Of a stretch of 64,000 bases of DNA, positions 12,192 through 26,300 are shown one piece after another. The stretch spans positions 1-64,000 of the forward strand of contig NMRA01000792.1 in NCBI GenBank assembly GCA_002633005.1. Reading direction: 5' to 3'. The stretch is from Phoronis australis. Taxonomy: Eukaryota; Animalia; Phoronida. Below the pieces are notes generated by a model, which worked only from the letters and a program-made list of their open reading frames with translations, had not been told where the DNA came from and searched no databases. The first letter of the stretch is position 1. Every line of letters begins with the position of its first letter. A program made the translations under genes and the position numbers.

Positions 12192-12996
12192 CAAATAATT
12201 TTTGCGTTTCATTTTTAAATCATATAACTGTAACATTTACGAATGCTTAATTACTGAAAAATATCGATTCGTGGTTAAAAGGTTACACGATAGTAAACTG
12301 TCAATTGGTCGTGATCCTTTTTGTGGAAAATTGTTATTTTGTATTGAACATGAATATTTAACAACTGAACTGCGGCTAATTTCGTGTTTGAACTATTTGT
12401 TCTTACCATCAATACGCAGGGAAGTTGTCTCAGATTTTTTTACCTTCAAACAACAAAGATAACGACCTTCGAAGATCCAACGACGTCACTAAGTTTTCAT
12501 TTTTGAAGGCCGCAATCTCAGCCGAAAGACGGTTCCTTCAATCATAGAGCATAAAATAAGTATGCAATATTTCATGTGAAGTGGCCCATACACTAAATAG
12601 AAATCGATTTTCAAAGCTGCTAAAACAGCATCAAATATCAGAAAGTCTGAAAATGGCTGACAAAAATTTGCTACGTCATGGAAATCAACAGAAGTCGTCT
12701 CAGGGAACTCACATTTCTTTCGCAATAATTTAAAGAATACATGTATGTGAATGCCACATTTTTGAAAAAAAATAAACTTTAAGGCGGGCAATTAGACTGT
12801 TATACTGGAAATGGCCAGTCACTACGTATCCCAACACTAGCGTGTATTATCATTTTCGCCAGTCGACTAGAGCGACGTCTTTCGTGAAAACGGGAAATGC
12901 CTTGATAATGACGTGGAACACTTCCGAATAAATTCCAGGTATTCTATAGTAGTTGACTCTATACTGAATTTTCCAAATCATTAAATTACCAAATTA

Positions 12997-13268
12997 CGGT
13001 GGCCCAAAAGTATCATCGCTATTTTAGTTGAATAACGTTTTTGTTTATCTTTTTTTCACCTACACTGTAGGTGGAAATAACTTACACCTAGGTGAGAATG
13101 AATTCACCTACTACAGTGTAGGTGAAGTTATTGTCCACCCATGAGTAAATAATTTGAATGAATTTCCACCCGGGTGTATATATAGTTTCAACCTAGTTGA
13201 CATAATTTTAATATTGGTGAAAACAAAATAAAATAAACTAAAATAGTGGTGATACTTTCGGGCCACAG
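12997..13268. mobile_element. Tc1/mariner-type MITE with TA target duplication
   Basis: TA|CGGTGGCCCAAAAGTATCATCGCTATTTTAGTT ... AACTAAAATAGTGGTGATACTTTCGGGCCACAG|TA: ~33-bp TIRs, with internal CACCTAC...GTAGGTG palindromes. Confidence 0.75.
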
Positions 13269-13883
13269 TACCAATTGACTTGTCTTTAAATAACACTGAA
13301 CTCGCCAGTCGAAACCCGTGCTTCCTATCCGAAAGAAAACATTTCAGACAACACAGTGTCTTACTCCGAAATATAAACCCATGCGTTAATATGAGCCACT
13401 TTACAGTGCGGATATGTGCGTAAATAGCCTGTCAACGTCTGCCTTTTTATCATTTAATTTTGAAAATTAATAATAAATTAGCTCAGTTACGTCGGCCACA
13501 GCCTTTTTGTTGTCAAATTCGACTCACACTTGCCAAAGATACGCCTGTATATATTGGTATTAAAACAAGACATATATTACCGAGGAAATTGTATTAACCT
13601 GCGCAAAATAGGCCTAAAATACGCCGTTTTTTCTGTATCGTTTGCTTTCAGATTTTTTTGGGCGCGTGCGTGCTATTGATTACTTAGTGAGGACGCATGC
13701 GCACTTTTTTGCAACGTTTTATTTTAATGATATTTCACTTGAAAGCATACTCTTTAGAAAATTAAAACTGGTAAACGTTAGTTGTTCACCCAGCCCAGAC
13801 CATGAGCCAACCCAAGTCCTATTAACTGTAATGACAAACGCAATCGCTCCCGAGCGCATTCTCTTGAAATTCCGTCTGCGTCC

Positions 13884-14042
13884 CAGGGACGGATCCGGGA
13901 TTTTGAGTTAGGGGGGCCAGGGTAGAGTGTATGCCAGGATTTTGCTCGCCAGACATTCGCACTTCCGAAGTGCTTAATGGAATCTGGGAGAATTTCAGGG
14001 GGGGAGCATGGCCCCCCTTGCCCCCCTCTAAATCCGCCACTG
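13884..14042. mobile_element. Short GC-rich MITE-like element with GG(A/C)CGGAT-type ends
   Basis: CAGGGACGGATCCGGGATTTT...GGGGGG and CCCCCCTCTAAATCCGCCACTG ends. A related end TAGGCGGATTTAGGGGGG occurs at ~46127. Confidence 0.5.
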
Positions 14043-14104
14043 CGTCCACCGTCCCGCCCTGTTCGTTTGGGAGCAATACTAACTTATTATTGCTATAGGT
14101 GTCG

Positions 14105-14175
14105 CAGTAATCACAGCACGTGACTGTATCAACACGGAAGTCGGGGACTGTACAATTTCCGGGTGTAATGTGACA
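14105..14175 (+). promoter_or_regulatory. Putative promoter of the RalGDS-like gene
   Basis: E-box CACGTG (14117-14122), ETS site CGGAAGT (14135-14141) and TTTCCGG cluster ~150 bp upstream of the first coding exon. Confidence 0.45.
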
Positions 14176-14282
14176 TTATAGAGTTGTTGAGGATCTTTTG
14201 ACAGTTTCAGCATGCATCTAAGCTGTCATGGGATGTCCCAGATGATCCTTTTAACGTGCCTCCGTCTCTGTGAAGCTAAGTT

Positions 14283-14306
14283 ATGAATTCCGTGGCTGAA
14301 AGATCG
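14283..14306 (+). CDS. RalGDS-like candidate first coding exon (MNSVAERS)
   Basis: ATG plus 7 codons, then TCG|GTGAGC donor; phase 0 matches the next exon; just downstream of promoter motifs. Confidence 0.5.
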
Positions 14307-17300
14307 GTGAGCTCTCGTCCTTTTTACTGTTAGTGAACTGAGTTTGGTCACACGCTCTAAAACACATCGGTCTGGTATCAGGGAATGTCAAAACCAGTCT
14401 GCCTAGCCCCTGGCCTTAAGTCACCCGAGGTCGGGACGTCTGTTATGCACTATTAATGCTCATGGGGTTCGTCCTCCTGTATTGAAACTCACCTGCTGGT
14501 GTTACCACTTCTAGTAGTAAAGTAAAGGAAACTTTCCTGGAGCTCTTTGTCAAGTTCATATCCACCCTTCCTGGCCAAGATACTCTATAGTCTCTATATT
14601 TGCAATAACTAAGAAATTGTAAATTATGAAGCCCTAATATTCCAAAACACTGGGCCTAGGGCATTATAGCACTTTTCCACAAACCCCTATGTTTACCTCC
14701 ATGAGACATGACAACTGACAAACCAAACCTTTAGTGAAGATGAATTTTTTTCTGACATCCAAACAAAGCAAGACTCGTCGCTTTGCTGATATATGTAATA
14801 TTTCCAGCAAAAAATCACACAATCAATTTAGTTGTGGCATAGCATACACACATATTACCTTGAATAATTTATAGTTGCTGGTCGGGGTGCTATTGTTGTA
14901 ACATTCCAGGCCTGGCTATTCAAAAGCCATAGGGGGTGATAAAACTATTTTCTCATCCAGGACCATTAAGCCTTATTTAAGCTGTGTTTGCTGTGACTTG
15001 CACAATTAAGAACAGGGTTCTCAAAGAACTACTTTCACTCACCTTCATTTCACTTTCAAAAGGCCTATTGAGTGTGAATCATAACCATGATTCTCTTCTG
15101 TTTGCAATATTGTAAGCCTCCATGCGGGCTAGTTACTCATTCAAATCTCAGATGAACTTTCTAATTTTTTCCATGGAGCTGAAATTCAAACAGGTAATTG
15201 CACTGTGTCGCATTCAATTGTGTAATTCTTGTTTAGAATCCGATACACCTTCATATCACAAGGTTCATGGTATAAAGTGTTTTTTAATTGAGGTCAAGTA
15301 TTTTTCAGGTGAGGTAAAACAAAAGTTAATACAAGCATTGGAAGCTACCATTTATGTACTATCAATCATTTCGCTAGGATGAATATTTGTTTCACAATTG
15401 ATCAAAATGTTCGCAGATTGTACCTTCCTCTCAAATGGAATTGCACTTCAAATATATTTTATTATTATTGCACACTGGAAAAAACAAAATTAATAGAAGC
15501 ATTGTTTAGAATAAAGGCATATCAGCCTAAATGTGCACATACATGGGAGGGCACGTAGAAGCTACCCATAACTGCTGTACAACCAACTTGTTGTTTATGT
15601 GCCCACTACTGGTCGCATAATGCCGTAGTCTTTGTCTGGCTGTCCGGCATCAGCAGCCATATCTCCTAAAGCCCTTGATGAGATTTAGCAGACGTGTTCC
15701 TATGGAGATGGCGACGGATATTGGCGAATTCCAGGCCACTCGACGAAGACTACCAGACGTGTGCTCCCTAGTGGCAGTTTTAGTTTTTACGCTTACCTCT
15801 GCGTGTTCGGAGGTCCTCAACAGAATTTCATAAAATTTGGCAGTTAGGCATCTATTAGTGAGATGATGTCATCCTCTCATTTTCGGACGCAGTATTTTGC
15901 ACCACCCAGTGGCCGTTTTTCCTGTTTTTTGGCGTCCGCCGTTCTATCAACCAAACCGCTCTAGGGATGACTTTGAAAACTGGCATTTATGTTTTTACTG
16001 TGAAGAGGGTAGCAGACAATGATTTTCCGATGACTTCAACTGCTGTGGTGCCTCATAGTGGTAGTTTTGTTTGTTTTTGTTCCCATAGCTGTATGATCTC
16101 CTAAATGCTCTTTAGGATCTTTATTGAATTTTGCTAGTGTGTTTAATGAAGTTGACAACAGAGGCCAGCAACTTGTGGATGGATGGGGCTACTGATGTGG
16201 CCCCTAGTGGCAATTTTAATTTTTTATGTTTACCTCTGTATCTTGAAAGGTCATCAATGAATATTCATAAAATTTGGCAGATAGACATCTGTTAGTGAGG
16301 TGATACTTTCATCTAGTTTTCGGTTAAATTCGAGGCATTTTGCGCCACCTTGTGGCCATTTTTATGTTCCGAATAAACGCCCCTAGAAGCACACCATTTG
16401 CTGTACATTCGTGGGCGCATGCTGCAGCTCGCTCTTGTTTGTTCATTTTTGCATTTTGTACTTTTCTATTAACACCTGAAGTGGTGCAGGCTTTTTCCAA
16501 ACAAGTGATGTAGATGGATATCTTTTATTTTGTCATATTTTTGTCAATTGTGATAATGCTGTTTTTGTTGGTAAACCACATGCTAAATACAGTTTTAGAT
16601 GAAGTAGTTTGTTCAGAATGATATAATTTCAACATTTTATGCACAATGCGATTTATAATAGTATATGCTTTGTGGACACTTGTATGTTCTATACATAATT
16701 GCTCATGTGACATGGGACAAAGTGTCTCATTGTTACCTTCACAACCGGTTAAGATGCTGATTTTTTTAAAAGCCATATTTTATCAATTTGATCTTTCTAT
16801 GAAATCTGCTCACCAAAACTTCATGAAAATATGAATGGAAGTTTTCAAAAATGTGCTTTCTAATCCAAACATAAGGGAGAGCAGACTTTTGAGTAATTGA
16901 TAATGTCTAATTTTGAAAACTACTCTGATCACATTCGTTACCACAATTAAGATTTTCCTTTTCCTAATTCGATTGATAATTCTTACTTTCACTTAATATG
17001 TTTTCCAAAAGCACTTGCATGGAGCTACATATTGATGTTAAACTCATTTTCCTTATGCCTATAAATATAAAATATAAGTCGAAATTCACGTCCGTTACCA
17101 AACCAACACTGAGAAATGCACCAAAAGTGACAGAAGTTTGGTCTTACGCTCAACACGTTTTTAAAAAACATTTAAATTTTCTTCAGGAAAAACGCGGTCT
17201 CTTGAGAACATCCACACAACTGTTGGATACTGCAAATGATTTGGGACTGTGATGTGCACATAATTGCTCGGCTAAACTTTTTTCACCAATTGTGAAGTAG

Positions 17301-20300
17301 GATCGTGAAATCAAGTTTCTGTCCCAAGTCACTTAATTGTGTATAAGTTCCTTGATCTTCAAAATAGTTTACTGTGTAGGTATGGGTGACTGTGTATAAA
17401 TGCGTGTGTGTTATTTTGTTTGTCTATCTTGAAGTTCAGGCAAGGCAGTATACTATAGTAACCTTTTACACATCTGTTAGGTATGTCTAATTGGCCACTT
17501 TCACCACCAGCCTACCTAATTGTGCATTAATTTTGTATGGCTGACCTTGTCCTAATGTAGCATTCCCTTGTAAACCTAGCCTCACTAGTATAGCTATGGC
17601 ATTGATATGCTCTGCCAACACCATGTAAGAAAAATATCTGGATTTTTCAGTCACGGATGATGAAACTTTGGGCAGATATGAAATAAATTATCCTCCAAAC
17701 ATACATCCATTGATTTATACTTGTGCTCTATGTTTCTCTAAGTCATTAACATATTTTCTCGGATACCTCTTCCTCTTGACTCACGGCAGTTTTGAGCACT
17801 CATTGGGCTTGTGTAGAACGGAGGATTTTGTTGTTACACCTTTCTTCAGTGCCTATATACTTGTAGTATCCGATGTAAATGACTCATGGGGTGCATGGCT
17901 TGAAACTTTAACCTGATTCCAGGTTGCTAGTAAAAGTCGTTTTTGTGACTACTCCAGTACTCTGGATGTATTTGGACTTAGTAACATTTCAAAGCATGAC
18001 TGAAATGTGTCTGAATCATAATATAGGAAACATTTGTGTGGACTCAGAGAGGAGAAATGTGCCAGATAGTCTGTGTGCATGCCTGTTGCTTGTTTGGTGT
18101 ACCCATTTTTGAGCCTACTTGTGTCAGAATCGTAGGAACATTACTCAAATATCTGAAATTGGTTCAGTAGTTGGCATACACAGGGAGGAGAAACGATCCA
18201 CTAGTGTATAGACCAGCTAATACTCAAACCAGCCAGCTGTCAGTCATAGTTGTGTCTTAGAACAACATTTCAAAATATTAGTACATGTAATTTGGTGGAA
18301 ATTATTTTACAAGAATTGTTTCCACAGATCTGCTGTTGTATCTCTTGGAGACTCTTCACGAAGATATCTTCAGGAAGGTGTGTCTCATGAGACGATGAAA
18401 GATGATAGCAGGTTTTGGATGCATTCGTCTGCTGTCATTCCCCCTAGTGGAAAATTTAATTCAGATTTGCCTCATCTTCATACTAGTTTCTTGACAAATT
18501 TTCATGAAATTTGGCAATAGGTTTGAAAAAAGAGACAACATCACTTTCTGATTTTGGGATAAGTTGATAATTTTTTTCCAAGTAGTTTTCATTTTTATTA
18601 TTTACGAGTTTGTTTTTATGGCATATGTAATGCTATCAGATGTGTGTCGTGCCGTCTCTGTTCATCTCCGAATAAAGATTATGTATACAAGCCACACACT
18701 GCCATCGTATTTCAGCATCTATCTCTCTATTACCCAAACGACTCAAGGGATCATTATGAAAATTACCAGAATATTTTGTTTCTCTCATTAATGTAATCAG
18801 CCTTCCAATGCCAGCGAACTATTGCTGTCCTTTGGACTGTAACTCTGGTTTTTCAAAAATTGACGAGTATCCGTGGAGGCTTGATGTTTTCCGCCATGAC
18901 ACCTATGGTGCAATGTGTTTCCTACCTCCGGGACAAGAAGTGTTCTATGCGATACACCTGTATTTAAGGGAGGTATAAGCAAAATCGTGAGTTGGGTGGT
19001 GCTGAGTATTCTCATGGTATTTTTGCGTTCCCATAGAGAAATTGTTCTAAGTAAAAAGTACTATCTGGACTAGATCTATAATTTCAATTTTAGTTTACAG
19101 CTGAACATCACTAGGTGTCACTGTGCATTCTGGCTGTGGCAATTGTCGAGGTATGAGCAAAATCGTGGGTTGGGTGGTACTGAGTATTCTCATGGTATTT
19201 TTGCGTTCCCATAGAGAAATTGTTCTAAGTAAAAATTACTATCTGGACTAGATCTATAATTTCAATTTTAGTTTACAGCAATGTCACTAGGTGTCACTGT
19301 GCATTCTGGCTGTGGCAATTGTCGAGTCTGTGATTGACTTTACAAAGTATGGTCCTTGGTATTTTTACCCTGTCATGTGACCTCTGGCTAGAGCGGTCAA
19401 AGATCGAGTCTGGTCATAGGATTTTTAGGTCTGACCTGAGTTTTTCAGTACAGGTGCTGAATTGTTTCTGCAGCCTACGCGTTACTGTTCTGGGGCCTGT
19501 TCCAGGAAACTGACTTAAGTTCATTTCTGACTTAAGTTTAAGATTTGTTTTAAGTTCCAAACTTTGAAACTTCCACTTTTGGTAATCGAGTCAAAATTAT
19601 GACAAAATTCACGTCAAACTTAAGATCTCTTTCTGGAATTGGTTTTGAGACAATAATACTTTTATTTTAAAATTTACTGAAATTAAATTTAAGATATGTC
19701 TTAGCTTAGTCAGTTTTGTCGGAACGGGCTCCTGCTCTTTTAAGAATGAACATATTTTTTCTGTTGTAAATACTGGATAGGTCATGGGATTTTCAAGTGT
19801 GGAAACTTTACAGTTGTTTTGACTGTGTCTGGATGTCAATAAGAGGTTTGCTATCATTTATAGGTCTCAGGGTCTTGTTGGGCAGCAATCCAAACATGGG
19901 TCATGTCATGCCTTGCAGTTTACTGCTGTAATGTGCTTTTCTGCTAATTCACAAAAGCCACAAGTTAATTTCAATTTAAGTTAATTTCAATTTACTGAGC
20001 CTGTCTTGGTCATTCTTACACTGGTAGTAGCGTATTCTTCAGACTGGATGATGTGAACAGATAGTGTCTAAGTTCTCAATTAAATCTCTATCCCTTATAG
20101 GAAGATGTCAAGTTTTGGCGAGATGAGAAGACTGACAGTGCTATCTATAGTGTGTTTTTGAAGAAAGTGCGTTATCGCTCATCATGTGAGGTATTTAACT
20201 TTAGGACACGGTCTATATTTGGGCTTGAGGGTACATTCACTGGGGCCTTTTTGGATATAAGCCATCCATTTGAGACAAACTTAAGTGCTGAAAGTACAGT

Positions 20301-23300
20301 TGTAACAGTACTGCATGTCTCAGACTGCTTAGAAATGGCCCTGGGGCCTTGTTCATGAGAAGTGACGAAAGACTTTAGACAGAAATTTGATCTTATTCTC
20401 TCCCTCTTCATGACTGCCAAATGAAGGGTTAGAAATTTTTGAACACTTATTGAGAAAATCTGTTCCATGCAATTATTTGATAATTATTTCAAGACTAAAC
20501 ATTTATTTGGCAGTCGTGAAGTGGGAGTCAGAGTACGATCAAATTTCTGTCTTATGTCTTAAGTCATTTTTCATTAAGGAAACCCCTAAAGCCAGTCAGT
20601 CAACCATACACTCTATCAAATACGTGGCTGTTGTTCGGGAAAATGGATATGTTTAATAGCCGCAGAACTCAATCAATACGTTTGTTCCGTACATCTTCAA
20701 TTATTGTGACGTGCTCTTAACACCTCAAGCAATTGACATAGATGGAGTAATCACTGAGAAATCAATAGTCTTCTAAGGTCAGGGTTATGCATTTGTTCCA
20801 ATGCGACTGACAGCGGTTTTGGCCTCTTTACAGACACTAAAAATGACTTTCCCATCCAATTCTCGGAAATAAAGTGCTCTCATTGTAATCCTCAACGACT
20901 CTCAAAAGTTTGGAAAAATTGAAAACCCTTTTCAAAGTCTGCTAAACGGGCAAGCGTAATGCTTTGATTATGACATAGGGAGTATTAGCTGTTTAATTAC
21001 ATATACAGAATACAACCCATGATAGTAATTTTTTTAAACCTTTATTTCTAGGGAGAAAATTTGATCATGTAAAATCTCACTCCTCTGTCATATTGTGCAC
21101 TAAAACTAAACACTTTGCCTAGTCAACATAGTTCTCAATAAAGTGATTACGAAATTTTGTCAATGATTGTACAACCACATAGTAAGTATTAAGCTGTTCT
21201 GTGGACTTAAATATGTTATCAAACGGCTTGACAATCCAGAGGCAATAGCCTATTGGCCCATCCTCGATTGAACTCTCATTTTTCTTGGAGGATAAAAAAA
21301 CATCACATGACTGACCTATTAGTTAAAAATGTCCCATGCTCCTGAGTTGGTTTATGAGTCGGAGAAGAACAATACACTGTGTTTCGGTGTTCGCTCATTT
21401 TAGGGATTTACTTGGTGCCAACATCGCAACTCAAATGTTCATCTTCATTACAATGATGAATTGTGTAGTAATTAGGATATGAGATAGTGACTGGTACATC
21501 TACATGATTGTGAACAAGTAGGTCAGGAGCTTGACACATGTGTTGCATAGTGGGTAAATTCCTTAGAAATTAGAATGACAGTGGTGCTGTGCTAATTTAG
21601 GACGGACCTGATACCCAGGAATGCACAATGAATCACTGATTGTTTTGCTCACTTCTGCGTTTTAGTACCTCCAGATCTCGCAGTCCCTCGATACATGTTC
21701 TACAGCGTTATTTAGCTAATTCATTTATTTGGTAACTGGGTCTTGGTACTTGTCTTGTCTGTTTGGTTACCATAGTTACAATATTCTAATCACACTTTGT
21801 GTCTATATGAACAGTTAGATATTGATGAACCTGATGCCCAGAAGGTGGCGCACCTGCTATGGCAGACACAGAAACAACGCGTGATCCGTGCGGGAACTGT
21901 GGAGCGAATTGTTGATAGCCTTTTGCTTGACAACGGAGAGATTGACTCCGCCCACGTCAACATCTTCCTAGCAACTTACAGGACATTTTCTACCCTGGCC
22001 GAAGTTGTGGGCATTCTCATAGACAAGTGAGTACTAAAGCGCTCTTTCCTATTTGTCACAGTACATAACAAAAATAATACAAAATGATGTAAATTCCATT
22101 AATTTGTTACATGTACAATACGTCAGATCTCCATTTTGTGACGCAGTTTACTTCATCGGATCCTTGTTCTGTCTGAAATAAGCTATTTATCCAAAGGGGT
22201 TTGTCTGGTAGCTGATTGTTTGGTGTTTATATGAACAGGTCAATCTAGGGTTAAGTGAAGTTACACCATATCAGAAAAAAGTTTATTGCTTGACACAATA
22301 TAATGATTTTTTTTTGATTGAATTGGCAAATTTGAAAGCCAAGAACCCCCTCAAATGAGCATGTAATTTGTTTTTTTAAGTCACTTATCGTTAGATCGTC
22401 TTCGGGATCATTAGAGAACATTAGGTCCCATATTGAGTAGATAGGGTGCCGCTGGAATTTTCAAAATAATTGACCTATCGCCAGGATTTTGAGTGACGGC
22501 TTAACTGACCATTTAGAACGCAGCATTATTGACACACCTTGGTTTCCCAGCCGCCATTTTACCCGACAAATAACACGTTGCCGGGTAAAACTTATTGTTT
22601 GTTAGTCGACATTACGCAAGGGGGCGGAGCTTGCAATAGGTTAATTAAGGGGGCATATATTTGATGCAATTCAATAGGAAACAACTAGTAGAACTCTTCA
22701 GTCTTTTGATATCAGCATATTTTGTTCGACTCAGTTTCTAATTCTAGTGTGCGTGACAGGTCGAACTGGGAGGGACAAAAATATTGAGAATTTCTCTCTT
22801 TCACGAACATTTTGAATCGTTGGAATTTTTGTGCTAATCATGTGAGTATTCCATGACACAACACATAATAAATCACAGTACGGTTGTTTAAGTCTTTGAA
22901 GTAAAAATGCAGAACACCGACCATCAACTACACTATCGTTATTTAGTGACCAGGCGTGTTACGATATCATGCCACTGCTGTGTCAGAAAAAGGCTATTTC
23001 TGTTTGGCTATACCGTCTGTCGAATTGTTGGTTACACCATGCATCCTTGATGAGGTCTTAATGATTACATTTCATTTCCTGCTGTTCACAAATACACCCA
23101 TAAATACGTTTCAAATATATATCTTCCCGACGATAATCTCTGTCCATTTACTTCCTCATGCACTGTTACTTACAAGTTGTTATCTCAATGTCACAGCTCT
23201 CGTGTTACTCGTGAGTTATTTTCCTGGTTTACACTCGATGATAACAATGTAACATATTCAGTTCTAAAATATATTGACCTATTTACACTAGCCTCTAACC

Positions 23301-26300
23301 TATTTACACTAGCCTCTAACCTCTTTACACTAGCCTCTAACCTATTTACACTAGCCTCTAACCTCTTTACACTAGCCTCTAACCTCTTTACACTAGCCTC
23401 TAACCTCTTTACAATAGCCTCTAACCTCTTTACACTAGCCTCTAACCTCTTTACACTAGCCTCTAACCTCTTTACACTAGCCTCTAACCTCTTTACACTA
23501 GCCTCTAACCTATTTACATTGGCACGGTGTGAAAGGTTGGGCTTTTCTCCAGACATCTTCAGGTGTTGCATACTTAAGTTTTAACAAATTGGTGATAATT
23601 TCAAGTGTTTTCTGTTCATACAACAAAAAGTCTTAAGTTCAGGTCAAGAATGATATTGTTGAAATAGCCACTAACCAATTTTTAATGATTAAATTTTATT
23701 TTACTAGATAACTCTGTGTTGTTGACTAGATAAGGAGAATGAGAAAAATTCTCGTGAATTTGAAATAATTTTACGCAATGAAAATCCATGTTTCCACTAA
23801 ACCGAATCCCAAACAGAAAAATTTTGGCAATAGCCACTTTATAACCAGTTTGATGTCTGCCATTCGGTGGAGACAACTGGTTCTCAAAATGCAACACCCT
23901 GTGAGTGACTTTTACCAGAATTTTACCGTAAGTCATTAACAATTAATGAAACACTCTGCAAAATTCCCCATTTTTGAAAACCTTAACATATGATTGCATG
24001 ATGAAACAGCAATGGATCATTTGTACAGTCAGTTTGTTGAGGCCAAAAGTATTCAGACAAAGTGTCCTAGAATTCCTCATCGTGATGGCGGGGCGGAAGT
24101 CGCATTCATCGTTAGAGTAGTCTTTTCTCTTTACTGTCTGAGAATAAATGGGAATTATAACTTGGAAAGATAGTTGGTTGCTAACCATTACGTAAAAATT
24201 TGAATTTTGTTGCCCTAATAGTTTTTACAGTAATTTTTGTTGTTGACAGAATTAGTTGGCGTGGCAGTGGATAATTATGATTAATTTTGACTTGCACTGT
24301 CTTTGTGTTGTAGTTCTGTGCTCTATTAAAGGTACAAAATGTATGAGAAAACAGACTCCCCAGAAGATGGCGTGGATGAAAGTCACTCAAGGTCAGTGAA
24401 TTGTATTGTGGTCATATAGGAAGGTAGGTTGTGCTGTTTATGGAGACCACAAGGGGGCATTACTTGACAACTTGCAGTACTTCATTTGAAGTATTTTTTC
24501 TATAAGTGAGTAAGATGTTCTGCCACTTGACACTGTATGTGAGCTGAAACTTTAAATGCGTTTCTCTGACAATAATAATGCAATCATTCTAGCATGAAGG
24601 TCCAGAGTCATACAGGTTGACCTCTATGTTTTTTGCTTAAAATTTGCCGTGCCTTTTTAACATTTTTGTAGTGCCACACTCTCATGATAAAATACTGCTT
24701 TTTTGTAATTGCTAGTAAATTGAATGCTTTTCGCCATTGTCGTGTAAAACCTCTACATATGGTGTTATTTTGTAGCAATATTAAGTAGACTGCGGTAATT
24801 AAGTTTGCCAAAACAGGTGGTGACGGGGGGGGGGGGGCATTNATTGCTCGAGTGCGGTTACATCTATTCAGTGCTTTTTTACATAACTTTTTGTGGTATA
24901 ATTGCTATGGTCATAGTAATAAGGGTCAACATGCGTGCAAAGTTCACAGCACGCGTAATGGTTGAATCTCTTTTAGATGCGCTCCAAATTTTTGTAATTT
25001 GAAAAAGTAGCCAATGGTCACAGTTGTTCATTTTCAACTGATCTCTGTCCACACTGTGCACTTGAGTGCTGCATATTCTCCAACCCTGCAGTGAGCTAGC
25101 ACACAGTTTTTCAGTTTTTAATTTGAGCACTGTTAAAGTAAATTGCTGTTAAATATAATTATCCAAAGTTGTTGCTAATGCTTTTGTGGAAGAATGGAAG
25201 AATCTAGCTTTAGTTAATTCTCCTCTGCCAAAACTTTGAATCAACTGCAAACTTTTCTTGGTTAACCATCATGGCCGCTGAATGTCTTTTTAACACCATT
25301 CATCTCAGTGACGTCTTTTAGTACTCATTTTGTAATTATAATCTTTGTTGGTACTTATACCGCAGGCGAATTTGCATGTGGTTGGAAAATATGACAGTTT
25401 TTATTTACTAATCTCAAAGTATATTTTATTTGATTTGAAGACTATAGCTGAGTTTACCGTCTTGGTTTAATAATAAGTTTTTTTTTTGGATTCTAAATTG
25501 TGCGTCTTTTGTCTTCCCCTCTCTAGAACTATACGCACTATCTTTACCATGTGGATGGACTCGTACCCCGACGATTTTCACCGAGACTGCGTTGACAGCA
25601 TACAGAGTATCGTGGATTGTTTGTCTTCCAGCAAGTCGGATAACGATGTAGTGCAGAAACTGAAGCAGCGTCTCACCTTATTTCAACAGTCTAATGGCTC
25701 AATGGATGACTCTGATGGTGAGAGTACAGGCTTTGTGCACTAAATCAGACTAGTTCAAGCTACACAGTCATGTAGAGTGAGGTGTCTCTAAACAGGGTCA
25801 CTGTTTGAGCACACAATCCATAGCCAGGGTTATGCTAGAGATGACTTGTCATGCTGTGGCGTTTTTCCCACTGTCAATGGTTAACAGCTTCACACCACGA
25901 CTGTTTTTGGAAGTGTAAGAGTCGGATAGTTGCCATACGTATCGTAACAGAGGGAAAATGGTGTTCAGATCACTAATAAAGTTGCAATACCTTAATTGTA
26001 ATGTAATTGTTTTGGTAAGGATAGCTTGTAAGTTAAGAATTTTACGGTGAAATGAGTTATCCTCCACATTTTAGCTTTTAGAGCCATTTGTCATATCATC
26101 ATCGGTTTACAGGTTGTCTTGGTACTTCATCCAACTTTAAGCAAAACCTGACATATCTGACATTTATACATTTTCCAAAACATTGTATTTCTTTCCAAAA
26201 TAGGGTGTTGAAAACTCTGTTAATCAAACAACATGGCTGTGGACGGTTGATATTCATATGACTGTACAGGTCTTTATTGTTGAAATTCTTGGTGGAACTT

